Positions 12,335 through 25,027 of a stretch of 64,000 nucleotides of DNA are shown here, one piece after another. This DNA is from Macrostomum lignano (lineage: Eukaryota), in contig NIVC01003217.1 in NCBI GenBank assembly GCA_002269645.1, positions 1-64,000 on the forward strand, read 5' to 3'. The notes beneath the pieces are model-generated. The model was not told the DNA's origin and did no database searches. It saw nothing but the letters and a program-made list of their open reading frames with translations. The translations under genes were made by a program, and so were the position numbers. The first letter of the stretch is position 1; every line of letters begins with the position of its first letter.

Positions 12335-12965
12335 GTGGATGCTTGCTATTTAAGGATGGATACTTGCTATCAGGGGGATGCTTGCTCTTGGGGGTGGAGA
12401 GTACTTGCTATCTGAGAGGGGGTTGCAAGATATCTATAAGGTCTATTTGTATCCAGGTTATGCTTGCTATCAGGGGTTGCTTGCTGTCTGGGGGATGCTT
12501 GCGATCTAGGGGGATGCTTGCTATCTGGGGGATGCTTGCTATCTGCGGGATGCTTGCTATCTGGGGGATGCTTGCTATCTGCGGGATGCTTACTATCTGG
12601 GGTCTGGGAGAATGCTTGCTATCTGGGGGATGCTTGCTATCTAGGGGATGCTTGCGATCTGGGGGATGCTTGCTATCTAGGGGATGCTTGCTATCTGGGA
12701 GGGGATGCTTGCTATCTGGGGGATGCTTGTTATCTGGGGGATGCTTGCTATCTGGGGGACACTTACTATCTGGGGTCTGGGGGAATGCTTGTTATCTGGG
12801 GATGCTTGCTATCTCGGGGATGCTTGCGATCTGGGGGATGCTTGCTATCTTGGGTTGCTTTCTATTGGGGGGATGCTTGCTATCTGGGGGATGCTTGCAG
12901 TCTGGGGGATGCTTGCTATTTGGGGATCAATGCTTGAATGCTGTCTGAGGATGCTTGCTGTCTTG
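12335..12965. repeat. G-rich minisatellite, ~18-bp unit GGGGGATGCTTGCTATCT
   Basis: Direct reading; explains the repetitive ORFs at 12325..13043. Confidence 0.95.
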
Positions 12966-14181
12966 GGATGTTTTGTTTTTAAGAGGGAATGTCTGTTGTT
13001 TTTTTATGAAGGCTTTATTTTGCTGTCTATTTGTTATTTGTAAAGAACAAGGATTCTATCCAGATGTCCCCTATCGGGGGCAAAGATTGCTAGTATATAG
13101 GCCTAAAGAGAAACAAATTTTAACCTCTAAATTATTATTGGCTATTCTAGCTACTAGGATATAGAGAGAAGTTAAAGGACCAATGTGATTGTATTGTGTG
13201 ATTGATTGTGATTGTATAACTTTGACTATAGACCCAATTAATAAATACATACCTAATTATCAATAATATAGTATTTACTATTGGTTATTCAAAAGCTAGG
13301 TCTATCTAAAACTAGATAGTTTGGCAAATAAGATATGGACTTATAGAGGTTAAGATAAGAATTGATGAGAAAAAGTTTCCATTTCTATACCTCACCTTAT
13401 TCTTAGCCTTCCCTTCAAAGCAATAAGAAATAGGTTTGCCTTGTGGCCACATTGGTCTATGGCTACTTTGGTCTGTCACTCCTGGTTGTATCACTGATTA
13501 TATTGAATTTTTTATGACTTCATGGTAGAACTTACATTTTTTCATTTTTAAGATACAAAATAATCTATTTTTAAGTGTCAAGTTTTCTTTAAAGTTTTTT
13601 TATAAAAAATGTAACAGTTCTGTTATAATATTATTTGCATTGCAATGTTACATATTTATTGATTTATAAAAAAACTTTTTTTTATTAAAACTTGTTTTTT
13701 ACACATATATATTACCAAGTAATAAAACCATTAGAACCTTAGAATTTTTATTAATAGGGCCTACTCAAAATTTGCTTGATTCATAATTATTTTAATATTT
13801 CTATGCCATAGCTAATGTATCTAATGTCTGCAATAAAGATAATTAGTTTCATTTAACTATACATTTATAAACTATCCCATGGCCACCCAGTTTACTAAAA
13901 TATATATTTGTCTTTTAGATAAATTCATAAGAAACATTTACTTGTGTTGTGTTTATTCTTCAAAATAAACAAAATCTTTTATAGAAATTTTGAACACTAA
14001 ATTTTAAGAGATAATTGGAAGAAAAAATAATGTCTTATAAAAGCAGATGAAATTTGTGACATTCAATAGATGTTATAATGGTATTACTTTTTTAAAGAAA
14101 AGCCTTGTACAACAGTCTTAATATATTAGAATTATCAAATTCAACAGAGAACTGGTATTCAATAAACCCACAGGAAGACAG

Positions 14182-14457
14182 CTGGGTTTTTTTGTCCATA
14201 ACTTGGGTGTGATTTTGCACCCTGTGCTAGATTTCAGGGTGCAATTTTCAAGACCAGAATGTGCTGCATTGCTGCAGACAAAAACTGGTCTAACATAACA
14301 CTACTCGACATCCATAACACAAAATTGTGAAATCCGCATCATATCCTTGCCAAAAAATCTGGTGCACTTTTTGCACCCTGAGTCAAATTTAAGGGTGCAA
14401 TTTTAAGACCAGGATGCTATTCGCACCCATTTGCACCCATTTGCACAAAAGACCCAG
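14182..14457. mobile_element. MITE with 13-bp TIRs and 9-bp TSD (Mutator-like by TSD length)
   Basis: TSD GGAAGACAG at 14173..14181 and 14458..14466. Termini CTGGGTTTTTTTGT and ACAAAAGACCCAG. Two internal hairpins TTGCACCCTG...CAGGGTGCAA / TTGCACCCT...AGGGTGCAA. Confidence 0.75.
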
Positions 14458-14717
14458 GGAAGACAGGATGACATTAAGAATATATACTTAGATAAATAAA
14501 AAGATTTATTGCATTTTATTTTTAAAACAAGTTTTTTTACAAAAAAGTATCATAGTGTCACAAAAATTGTCTTTATAAATAGCAAAAGGTTTAGATTTTT
14601 TATAGATTATATATCTTTTATTTATAAGATAGTCATTATATTTTAAAAATTTCTGAAGTTCTTACTTCTTTCAGCCCTAAATCTGGTTCTTTCATTTTCT
14701 TTTTAATCTATGCAAAA

Positions 14718-17700
14718 ATGACAGGTAAGTTTTTCAATATCAAATTTTATCCATAAGCAAGATCTAAAATCAGCATTGTTTATGTTTTAGATTCATCCAT
14801 GTTTACTCAAGCTGACCATGATGCACTACTCAATCATGTCTTTCCTGAGTTGCTCAGCAATTCAAAGTAAGTTTTTTTAAAGTGTATTTCTGAAAAAGAA
14901 TAAAAACAATATTTACTAGCACTTTCCTCATTGCACTATTGGATTTTCAAATGAAACTATCATTCCAGGTCATCAGAATGGTCCCTGACTAATTTGAGCG
15001 AATATATAAAGCAAACTATTTCAGATTCTATTGATGAGGCAAAAATTAACTGTGAGTACTGCTTTTAGGTTTAGTCCTGTTAATTTCTTTTTCTTAGCTG
15101 TCTTTCTTGATATTCTCTATCCCTGTGTCTGCAAGATTGTGTAAACCCTCAAATCCCACATCTAATGCTCCCAATCCCACAGCTTATAATCTCACTCTCA
15201 CAGCTAATAATCTCAAATCCCATAGCTAATATTCCAAAATCCCATAGCTATTAATCCCAAATCCCACAGCTAATAATCCCAAATCCCACAGCTAATAATC
15301 TCAAATGCCACAACTAATAATCCTAAATCCCACAGCTCTAATAGTCCCAAATCCCACAGCTAATAGTCCCAAGTCCTACAGGCCAATAATCCCAGATCCC
15401 ACAACTAATCATCCTAAATCCCACAGCTCTAATAATCCCAAATCGCACAGCCAATAATCCCAAATCCCACAGCCAATAATCCCAAATCCCACAGCTCTAA
15501 TAATCCCAAATCGCACAGCCAATAATCCCAAATCCCACAGCTCTAATAGTCCCAAATCCCACAGCTAATAATCCCAAATCCCACAGCTCTAATAGTCCCA
15601 AATCCCACAGCTAATAGTCCCAAGTCCTACAGGCCAATAATCCTAAATCCCACAGCTCTAATAATCCCAAATCCCACAGCTAATAATCTCAAATGCCACA
15701 ACTAATAATCCTAAATCCCACAGCTCTAATAATCCCAAATCCCACAGCTAATAGTCCCAAGTCCTACAGGCCAATAATCCTAAATCCCACAGCTCTAATA
15801 ATCCCAAATCGCACAGCCAATAATCCTAAATCCCACAGCTCTAATAATCCCAAATCGCACAGCCAATAATCCCAAACCCCACAGCTAATAATCCAAAATC
15901 CCACAGCTAATAATACCAAATCCCACAGCCAATAATCCCTATCCCATAGATAGTAATCGTTCATATTCAGATCTAAAAAGCAAATTAATCAAAATCCCCT
16001 ACTCCAACCCATTCCCTGCATTCCAGCTGCCCTCAAAGCTTTCAATAGCGGCCGTTTAGGCCCAACAAAAGTACAATTAGACTCCGAGACCAACATCGGC
16101 GGCCAGGTGCTATTGGATCAGCGCCGCCAATTAGTTGTTGGGCACAGTTCGTTTAGCACAGCTCGAGCTAATTGTTGCGTCTATAGCGGCAAATGGTGCT
16201 ACGAGACGCGATTGTGTACAGGCGGGCTGATGCAGATTGGCTGGTGCACCTTGAAGTGTACCTTTTCTAGAGAGGTAATTGGTTCACTATTTGGGCCATA
16301 ATTATCTTTATGGCGCACATTTTTTATCATATTAGCTTCCACGAGATTTGTTTGCTAGCTTCAATGAGACTCGTTTCTTATTTTCCATAAGATTCGTTTC
16401 TTATCTTCCACGAGATTAGTTTCTTAGCTTCCATCAGATTCGTTCTTGTCTTCCATGAGATTCGTTTCTTATCTTTCATGAGATTCGTTTCTTAGCTTCC
16501 ATCAGATTCGTTCTTGTCTTCCATGAGATTCGTTTCTTATCTTTCATGAGATTCGTTTCTTATCTTGAATGAGATTCGTCTCTTAGCTTCCATGAGATTC
16601 GTTTCTTATCTTCCTTGAGATTCGTTTCTTAGCGTCCATGAGATTCGTTTCTTATCTTCCAGGAGATTCGTTTGCTACCTTCCATGAGATTCGTTTCTTA
16701 TCTGATGAGATTCGTTTCTTAGCTTCCATGAGATATATTCCATGCTTTATTGTTACTAAGAGTAGTTAATTAACCAATACTTGCAATTTTACTGTTTATT
16801 TTCAGAACGGCGTTGGTGACACGCCCAATTCATTTTCCTATGACGGCTCCAGGGTGCGGAAATGGAACGCCAAATTTGGAACTTACGGAGAGGTTCGTGC
16901 CGGTCCTAGGGGTCGGGATTAGCGAAGAGGGAGTGGGATTTGGGAAAAGAGACTGGGGTTTCGGGAAGAGAGAGTAGGATTTTGGACGGAGGGTCTGGGA
17001 ATTTGGAGAAGAAAGAGTGAAAGACAGTGGGATTCAGGGAAAAGAGACAGTGGGATTTAAGGAAGAGGTACTGGGATTTAAGGAAGAGGTACTGGGATTC
17101 GGGGAAGAGAGAGTGGGATTTGGGGAAGAGGGAGTTGGATTAAGGGAAGAGGGAGTGGGATTTGGGGAAGAGGGAGTTGGATTAAGAGAAGAGGGAGTGG
17201 GATTTGGGGAAGAGGGAGTTGGATTAAGGGAAGAGGGAGTTGGATTAAGGGAAGAGGGAGTGGGATTTGGGGAAGAGAGTGGGATTTGGGGAAGAGGGAG
17301 TTGGATTAAGGGAAGAGGGAGTGGGATTCGGGGAAGAGAGAGTGGGATTTGGGGAAGAGGGAGTTGTATTAAGGGAAGAGGGAGTGGGATTCGGGAAAGA
17401 GGGAGTGGAAAGAGAAGATGAGGGGCTGGGATTTAGCAAAGTGATTGTGGGATTTGGGAAAGAGGAAATCAGATTTGTGGAATACAAATTAAGATTTCGA
17501 TAAAATGGGATTTCGAGAAGAGGGACTGGTGTTTAGTCGCAATAAACTGTCAGTTTGTTAAACTTTTGTCTTGGTAAACATGAGTTCAAATAATAGAAAA
17601 AAACATGCATAGACAAACATGATGAGAATTGTCTCGTTCGTTTGAACGCTGTCCAATACAGTGCAAAATTTGATTTTTTTATTAAATTTTGCTAACGTCT

Positions 17701-20700
17701 CGGAATAGCTATTGATATCCAAGCGTATACTCTGATTTGGAATTGATTTGTTGTTAGATATCTCTAATCCTTTTATCCAAAAATAGAGCACGTCATAAAC
17801 TGTTTAACTGATCACAGTTTTTGTTTATCATTTTTTTCACATCTAAACAGCCCTGGCTACCTCACGACGTCATCACTTGCTGCATCGACTGCGACGAAGG
17901 CGTCGTGTCGTTCTATCGCAACGGACGCAGCCTGGGCGTTGCTTTCGATAATGTTCGTCTGGGTCCCGGTGTCGCGTACTTTCCAGCTTTGAGCGTAGCT
18001 CGAGGCCAGGCAGCGTTTCTGAATTTTGGCGACGTGCCTTTTGCGTAAGTTTCTTGTTGCAAAATGTCTTAGATCTGGTTCTACTGTTAGTAGGTTTTAT
18101 CGAGGTTCAGTTTTAGGGTGTTAAACTAACAGAAATCTACGTATCATCTTGCTACTATTATCGGCTACTATGAATATTATAGGTTGAGTATCGGGTATTT
18201 AATTACCAGCAATCTAATCATCTTACTACTAACAGTAGTTTGAGTATCGGGTATTTAATCACCAGCAATCTAATCTTCTTACTACTAACAGTAGATTGAG
18301 TATCGGGTATTTAATTACCAGTGATCTAATCTTCTTACTACTAACAGTAGATTGAGTATCGGGTATTTAATTACCATTGTTCTAATTTTACTACTAGCAG
18401 TAGATTGAGTATCGGGTATTTAATTACCAGTGATCTAATTTTACTACTAACAGTAGGTTGAGTATCGGGTATTTAATCACCAGCAATCTAATCTTCTTAC
18501 TACTAACAGTAGGTTGAGTATCGGGTATTTAATCACCAGCAATCTATTCATCTTACTACTAACAGTAGATTGAGTATCGGGTATTTAAATACCAGCGATC
18601 TAATCATCTTACTACTAACAGTAGGTTGAGTATCGGATATTTAATCACCAGCAATCTAATCTTCTTACTACTAACAGTAGGTTGAGTATCGGGTATTTAA
18701 TCACCAGCAATCTAATCTTCTTACTACTAACAGTAGGTTGAGTATCGGGTATTTAATCACCAGCAATTTATCATCTTGCTACTAACAGTAGGTTAACATA
18801 GAGTTTTAACTCTATAAAAAAATTACTTTTTTTGTCTACTGCAGCTACCCGATTCCGGAGGATTATCAACCGTTGCAAGCCCCGCCGCTACGTTTAGAAA
18901 CTCGCCTAGTGCCTGTGCTGTCGCATTTAGAGCGGCTGATACCGTTAGCCGCAGACACACGCAACGATGCCTTGTCTGCTACTAAGGTTACTGGAGCCAG
19001 TTTACAAGAACCTGTTCAACCAGCTGCGCCAATGCACAGCGGCAATACTGGCTCCGCATCAAATGTCGCGTCAGCTGGTGTTTCGTCTGTTGCTACCACC
19101 GCCTCGTCATCAGCTACTACTAGAAGTAGAGATTCAACTTGCTGGTTGATTGCTTCGCATTTGGTGCCACTTATCGAACAGGGATTGGTAAGAATTAGTA
19201 CCAATATTTGCTCCTTTTGTAAAGCTTCTAGATAAAGCCATAAGATCTAGATAAAGCTTCTAGTCTTTTAACCAATCCGCCACTGAGAGAATCTCGCCCT
19301 ACTAATCCGCCCCTGGAAGAATCTTGCCGTACTAATCTGCCCCTGGGAGAATCTTGCCGTACTAATCCGCCCCTGAGAGAATCTCGCCCTACTAGTCTGC
19401 TCCTGAGAGAATCTCGGCCCACTAATCTGCTCCTGAGAGAATCTCGCCCTACTAATCTGCTCCTGAGAGAATCTCGGCCCACTAATCCGCCCCTGACAGA
19501 ATCTCGCCCTACTAATCTGCTCCTGAGAGAATCTCGGCCCACTAATCTGCTCCTGAGAGAATCTCGCCCTACTAATCTGCTCCTGAGAGAATCTCGGCCC
19601 ACTAATCTGCTCCTGAGAGAATCTCGCCCTACTAATCTGCTCCTGAGAGAATCTCGGCCCACTAATCCGCCCCTGGGAGACTCTCGGCCCACTAATCCGC
19701 CCCTGAGAGAATCACGCCATGCTAATCTGCTCCTAGGAGAATCTCGCCCCACTAATCTGACCCTAATGATTCCCTATGAATCCGATTCATAAAGCCTACA
19801 TGATGAGAATTGTCTCGTTCGTTTGAAGCTTTTTCAAATATTCGTAGAGATATTAATTGTCTCTTTGTTTATATGGATTAGCTGTTGATATCAAACAATT
19901 ATCTCTGAATGTGTTTATGCAAACGTTTATTCATTCACTGATCTGTTTAAGATTTAATTAGAAAAGTACACCGTGTCCTTTTATAATTGCAGACCTGCGA
20001 CTACACAGTTGCCAAATACATTCTACCGTTGATGGCCAAATTTAGCGATATCGATTGCTTGCCGCAGGCTAGGCAATGCCATTTGGAGGTTATTGTGCAG
20101 TACATTTGTACTTTTCTACAGGTAAGCTTTCGTTTTTAACGTAAGCAAGAAAGGCACTGGCTACTATGATATTTTTCCTTCTTCCATTAACTATGAGATT
20201 CGTCCCTTAGTTAACTACTTTGAGATTCGTCCTCTAGCCACTATCTACTATGAGATTCGTCTCTTAGCTACTATGATATTCGTCTCTTAGCTACTATGAT
20301 ATTCGTCTCTTAACTAATGAGACTAATGAGATTCGTCCTCTAGCCACTATCTACTATGAGATTCGTCTCTTAGCTACTATGATATTCGTCTCTTAGCTAC
20401 TATGAGATTCGTCCTTTAGCGACTATGAGATTCGTCCTCTAGCCGCTATGAGATTCGTCCTCTAGCCACTATGAGATTCGTCCTCTAGCCACTATGAGAT
20501 TCGTCCTCTAGCCACTATGAGATTCGTCCTCTAGCCACTATGAGATTCGTCCTCTAGCCACTATGAGATTCGTTATCTAGCCACTATGAGATTCGTCCTC
20601 TAGCCACTATGAGATTCGTCCTCTACTTTCATTAAATAGGGTATATCTGATACCTGACTCCTTTTATTCACAACGGGCAATATTAACTAGTATTATATAC

Positions 20701-23700
20701 CCATATGCTGTTTATTTCCAGCGGGACTCCTGCCAACGCGCCTTAGCCTCCATCGTGTCGGCCCTATTCGCCACCTGTCACAGCCATCCCAGCCCAGATT
20801 ACGCTCATCAGCGCACCTGCCTGACCATCCTATTGGCTATGCTCAGACACGATTGCGCTAGGCGTTATTTAGTCTCCTCTGTACTGTTTGATACCGTGGA
20901 ATTGCCAGTGTTCTGCTTTGTTAATCAATTGCCGGAGTTACTGTTCACTAAGGAGCCGCACATTTTTGTAAGTGTATTGGTTAACTTCCTCTCCTATCCA
21001 TCCCACTTCAGTCTATTCGCCTCTATAAACTGATGCGCTCTACCACACTTTCCTACTCTACTCTGTCATATTTTGTCTACTCTATCACACCCTACCATAG
21101 TCTACCCAACTGTACAACACATTACCCCACTCTATCACACGCGACCTCACTCTACCATGCTCTACCCTAGGTCCATGCTTGGGAGCAACCTAGGGATTCA
21201 CCCGGCCGTTTCTATTGGAAACACAGACACGTAGGTCGCTACTGGACTGAATAGTAGTCACGTGACTGCTCTCAGCCAATAGCGACTTACATGTGTGTGT
21301 GTTGCCAATAGAAACGGCCGGGTGATTCCCAAGGTTGCGCATGTATACCTAGGTCTCTACCACTTACCATGCTCTACCCGAGTCTAACATCTTACCACAC
21401 CTACCCCACTCTACTACACCCTAACCCACTGTATCACACTATATGCCACTCTACCACACCCTACCTTACTCTACCACAGTTTACCATACTCTGTTAATTA
21501 CCCCACTCTCTATCACAGCAAAACACCCCATATACCCCTATTGCCGCGCAGGAGGACTCGAAACGCGAGAAGTACAGCAACAGTCCGCACGCCACCCCCA
21601 GCATAGCCTGGCGCCTCGGCCCCTCAGCCCAATCTCGCCTAGCAGACTATCAGGCCAGCATTAGCAAAGTCGACGATCTTATTCAAGAGATGCTGCGCAC
21701 TTTAATGAATCACACAGACGGTACATTGTCTATATTTGCTGATAGACTGCACGAGTTTGTACGCGACAACATGTCACCGGATACTGTCAGTATGCAGCCT
21801 GCTGTACTGCGCGACTGCTGTCCGCAACACGCTATGCCGGCCTTTTTTCACGCTTTGGTGCGAACTATTCAGTCTAAATGGAATGGCACACCAGAGATGG
21901 CTGTTAGTAGTATTATTAAATATTGCTTTTGTATATCCATTTTGATGGTTTTAGATATTGATTTCTAACTGACATCTACTATAGGTCCAAATCTTATTTT
22001 CCACAAAACAAGATTCGAACCCCAGACCTTCATAGAGATTCAAACCCCGACCTTCATCGAGATTCGAACCCCAGACCTTCATAGAGATTCGAACCCCAGA
22101 CCTTCATACAGATTCGAACCCCAGACCTTCATAGAGATTCGAACCCCAACCTTCATAGAGATTCAAACCCCAGACCTTCATAAAGATTCAAACTCCAACC
22201 TTCATAGAGATTCAAACCCCAACCTTCATAGAGATTCAAACCCCAACCTTAATAGAGATTCAAACCCCAACCTTCATAGAGATTCAAACCCCTGACCTTC
22301 AAAGAGATTCGAACCCCTGACCTTCATAAAGATTTGAACCCTGACATTCATAGAGATTTGAACCCCTGACCTTCATAGAGATTCAAACCCCTGACCTTCT
22401 TGAGATCCGAACCCCTGACCTTCTTAGAGATCCGAACCCCTGACCTTCATAGAGATTCGAACTCCTGACATTCATAGAGATACGAACCCCAGACCTTCAT
22501 AGAGATTCGAACCCCAGACCTGTATAGAGATTACATTCGAACCCCTGAAGACCATAGTGATTCGATCCCATGAACTTAGTAGACCCTGCGAGACCCTCAT
22601 CTTAAATTACTAAACATTCGAACTTCGAACCACTGTTCTTTACCGAGATTCGAACCTTCTCTCTAATCGCAGCCATTCGAGCAGCAGCCCTACATACCAG
22701 CCGAATATTTCTGCCTAGAAGAGTTGGACTCGTACGATGCCCAACGGCTAGGCGGTTTGCAAGCCTACCTGGCCAAAACTTACAAAGACGAAGTGTCTGC
22801 CGTGCTGCGCTCTTCGGCCACCCTGGCTGAGCAGTATCGGCAGCGGGGCGGCTTCGGCGCCGGCCTGAGCTCGCTGGGGGACTCGGCTGCTAGCAGCGGG
22901 AAACGGCGCTTTGTTGGAGGTCTGGGCGCCCTGCTGACCTTCACTGGCCGGGGCGGAAGCGGCGGCGGCCATAAAGAGGGTAGCTCGCCCACGGCTGAGC
23001 AGCAACAGGTGACTTGCGTCTAATCGTTTTTTATCCTCTAGGAGACTTGCCGCACCTTTCCGGATCAACAGTTGCTGGGCCAGCTCCCCAGATAGTCTAA
23101 TGCTGGCCCACCAGCCTCCCAGATTCTTAGTTTCTGGGCCAGCCTCTCAGACCCCCAGTTGCTGGGCCAGCCTCCCAGAGTGTCAGTTGCTGGGCCAGCC
23201 TTCCAAATCCTCAGTTGCTGGGCCAGCCTTCCAAATCCTCAGTTGCTGGACCAGCCTCCCAGAGTGTCAGTTGCTGGGCCAGCCTCTCAGATCCTCAGTT
23301 GCTGGACCAGCCTCCCAGATCCTCAGTTGCTGGACCAGCCTCCCAGAGTGTCAGTTGCTGGGCCAGCCTCTCAGATCCTCAGTTGCTGGACCAGCCTCCC
23401 AGAGTGTCAGTTGCTGGACCAGCCTCTCAGATCCTCAGTTGCTGGACCAGCCTCCCAGAGTGTCAGTTGCTGGGCCAGCCTCTCAGATCCTCAGTTGCTG
23501 GACCAGCCTCCCAGAGTGTCAGTTGCTGGACCAGCCTCCCAGAGTGTCAGTTGCTGGGCCAGCCTCCCAGAGTGTCAGTTGCTGGACCAGCCTCCCAGAG
23601 TGTCAGTTGCTGGGCCAGCCTTCCAAATCCTCAGTTGCTGGGCCAGCCTTCCAAATCCTCAGTTGCTGGACCAGCCTCCCAGAGTGTCAGTTGCTGGGCC

Positions 23701-24937
23701 AGCCTCTCAGATCCTCAGTTGCTGGACCAGCCTCCCAGAGTGTCAGTTGCTGGACCAGCCTCCCAGAGTGTCAGTTGCTGGACCAGCCTCCCAGAGTGTC
23801 AGTTGCTGGGCCAGCCTCTCAGATCCTCAGTTGCTGGACCAGCCTCCCAGAGTGTCAGTTGCTGGACCAGCCTCCCAGAGTGTCAGTTGCTGGACCAGCC
23901 TCCCAGAGTGTCAGTTGCTGGGCCAGCCTCTCAGATCCTCAGTTGCTGGACCAGCCTCCCAGAGTGTCAGTTGCTGGGCCAGCCTCCCAGAGTGTCAGTT
24001 GCTGGACCAGCCTCCCAGATCCTCAGTTGCTAGGCCAGCCTCCCAAAGTGTCAGTTGCTGGGCCAGCCTCCCAGATCCTCAGTTGCTGGGCCAGCCTCCC
24101 AGATCCTCAGTTGCTGGGCCAGCCTCCCAGATCCCCAGTTCCTGATCCAGCCTCCCAGATCCCTATCCCAATCAAACTGAAACCGCTGTAGGCCTCGGCA
24201 ACTCCGCCTTCGCCATCGACGCCGGCCCATCCGCAGCAGCCGCTTGGACCAGCAATGCTGGCCGAGTTTGGTTGCCGCCACCTGCTGCCACCCTCCTCCA
24301 GTCCTGCCGGCACTTCAGCTGGCTCGTCGCCAACTGCCACATTCCTAGACGAGCGACAGCAGCTGCTGTTGCAGATGCACTCGCTCAGCAGTCAGCACCA
24401 CCGTCGGCATAGTCGCAGACAGCAGCAGCAACAGCAGCAGCAGCAGCAGCAATTGCAGCAGAGTCTAATTCTGCCCCTAATCCGTCTATTGGACTGCACT
24501 ATAGCTTTATTCTATCTGAGCGTCTACCGCCAGCTAGTGCTGGCTAGCAAGCGGCTGCTAGACTATGCGTCTTATTGCGACGCGCTGGACCAGACTAGAG
24601 CTAATCTGGCCCGCTGTCCGCCGGATCGGCTGGCCGACATCGGGCAGCGGATTGAAGCCGCCGAACGGGTGCTGCGCGATCATCTGATTGGTCGAGAGGC
24701 GGCGCTGGCGCATCTGCTAGCCGGACCATTGTCGCCCGAAATGCGCGCCTCTGTTCGTTGGCTGTGCTCGGTGTTATCCGCGACCTTTGCTAAAGCGGCT
24801 GGAGCTGGCGGAGAGGCGGACAATAATAATTTGTTCCGATTCTTGCCCGAGTATTTTGTTTCCACTGCGGCTAATGCGTTCTACACTCTGAAGGATGTGT
24901 GCGGCCTGCTGGTGCCGTTCCAGACCGCTGAGGGTGA

Positions 24938-24969
<32 letters not shown>

Positions 24970-24978
24970 GTCTGTCAC

Positions 24979-25027
<49 letters not shown>

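Noticed and set aside
18165-18797. Regular 25-56 bp repeats resembling CRISPR arrays (also 61345..61633 and 55805..56685)
   Set aside because: Units are head-to-tail with no unique spacers, there are no cas genes, and the context is eukaryotic and intronic.
23100-24191. Long ORFs of 270-460 aa here and at 12325, 17017, 27012, 37287, 39141, 47909, 50061, 52674 and 57406
   Set aside because: They are translations of minisatellites or microsatellites inside introns or intergenic DNA; several frames are open simply because the unit lacks stops.
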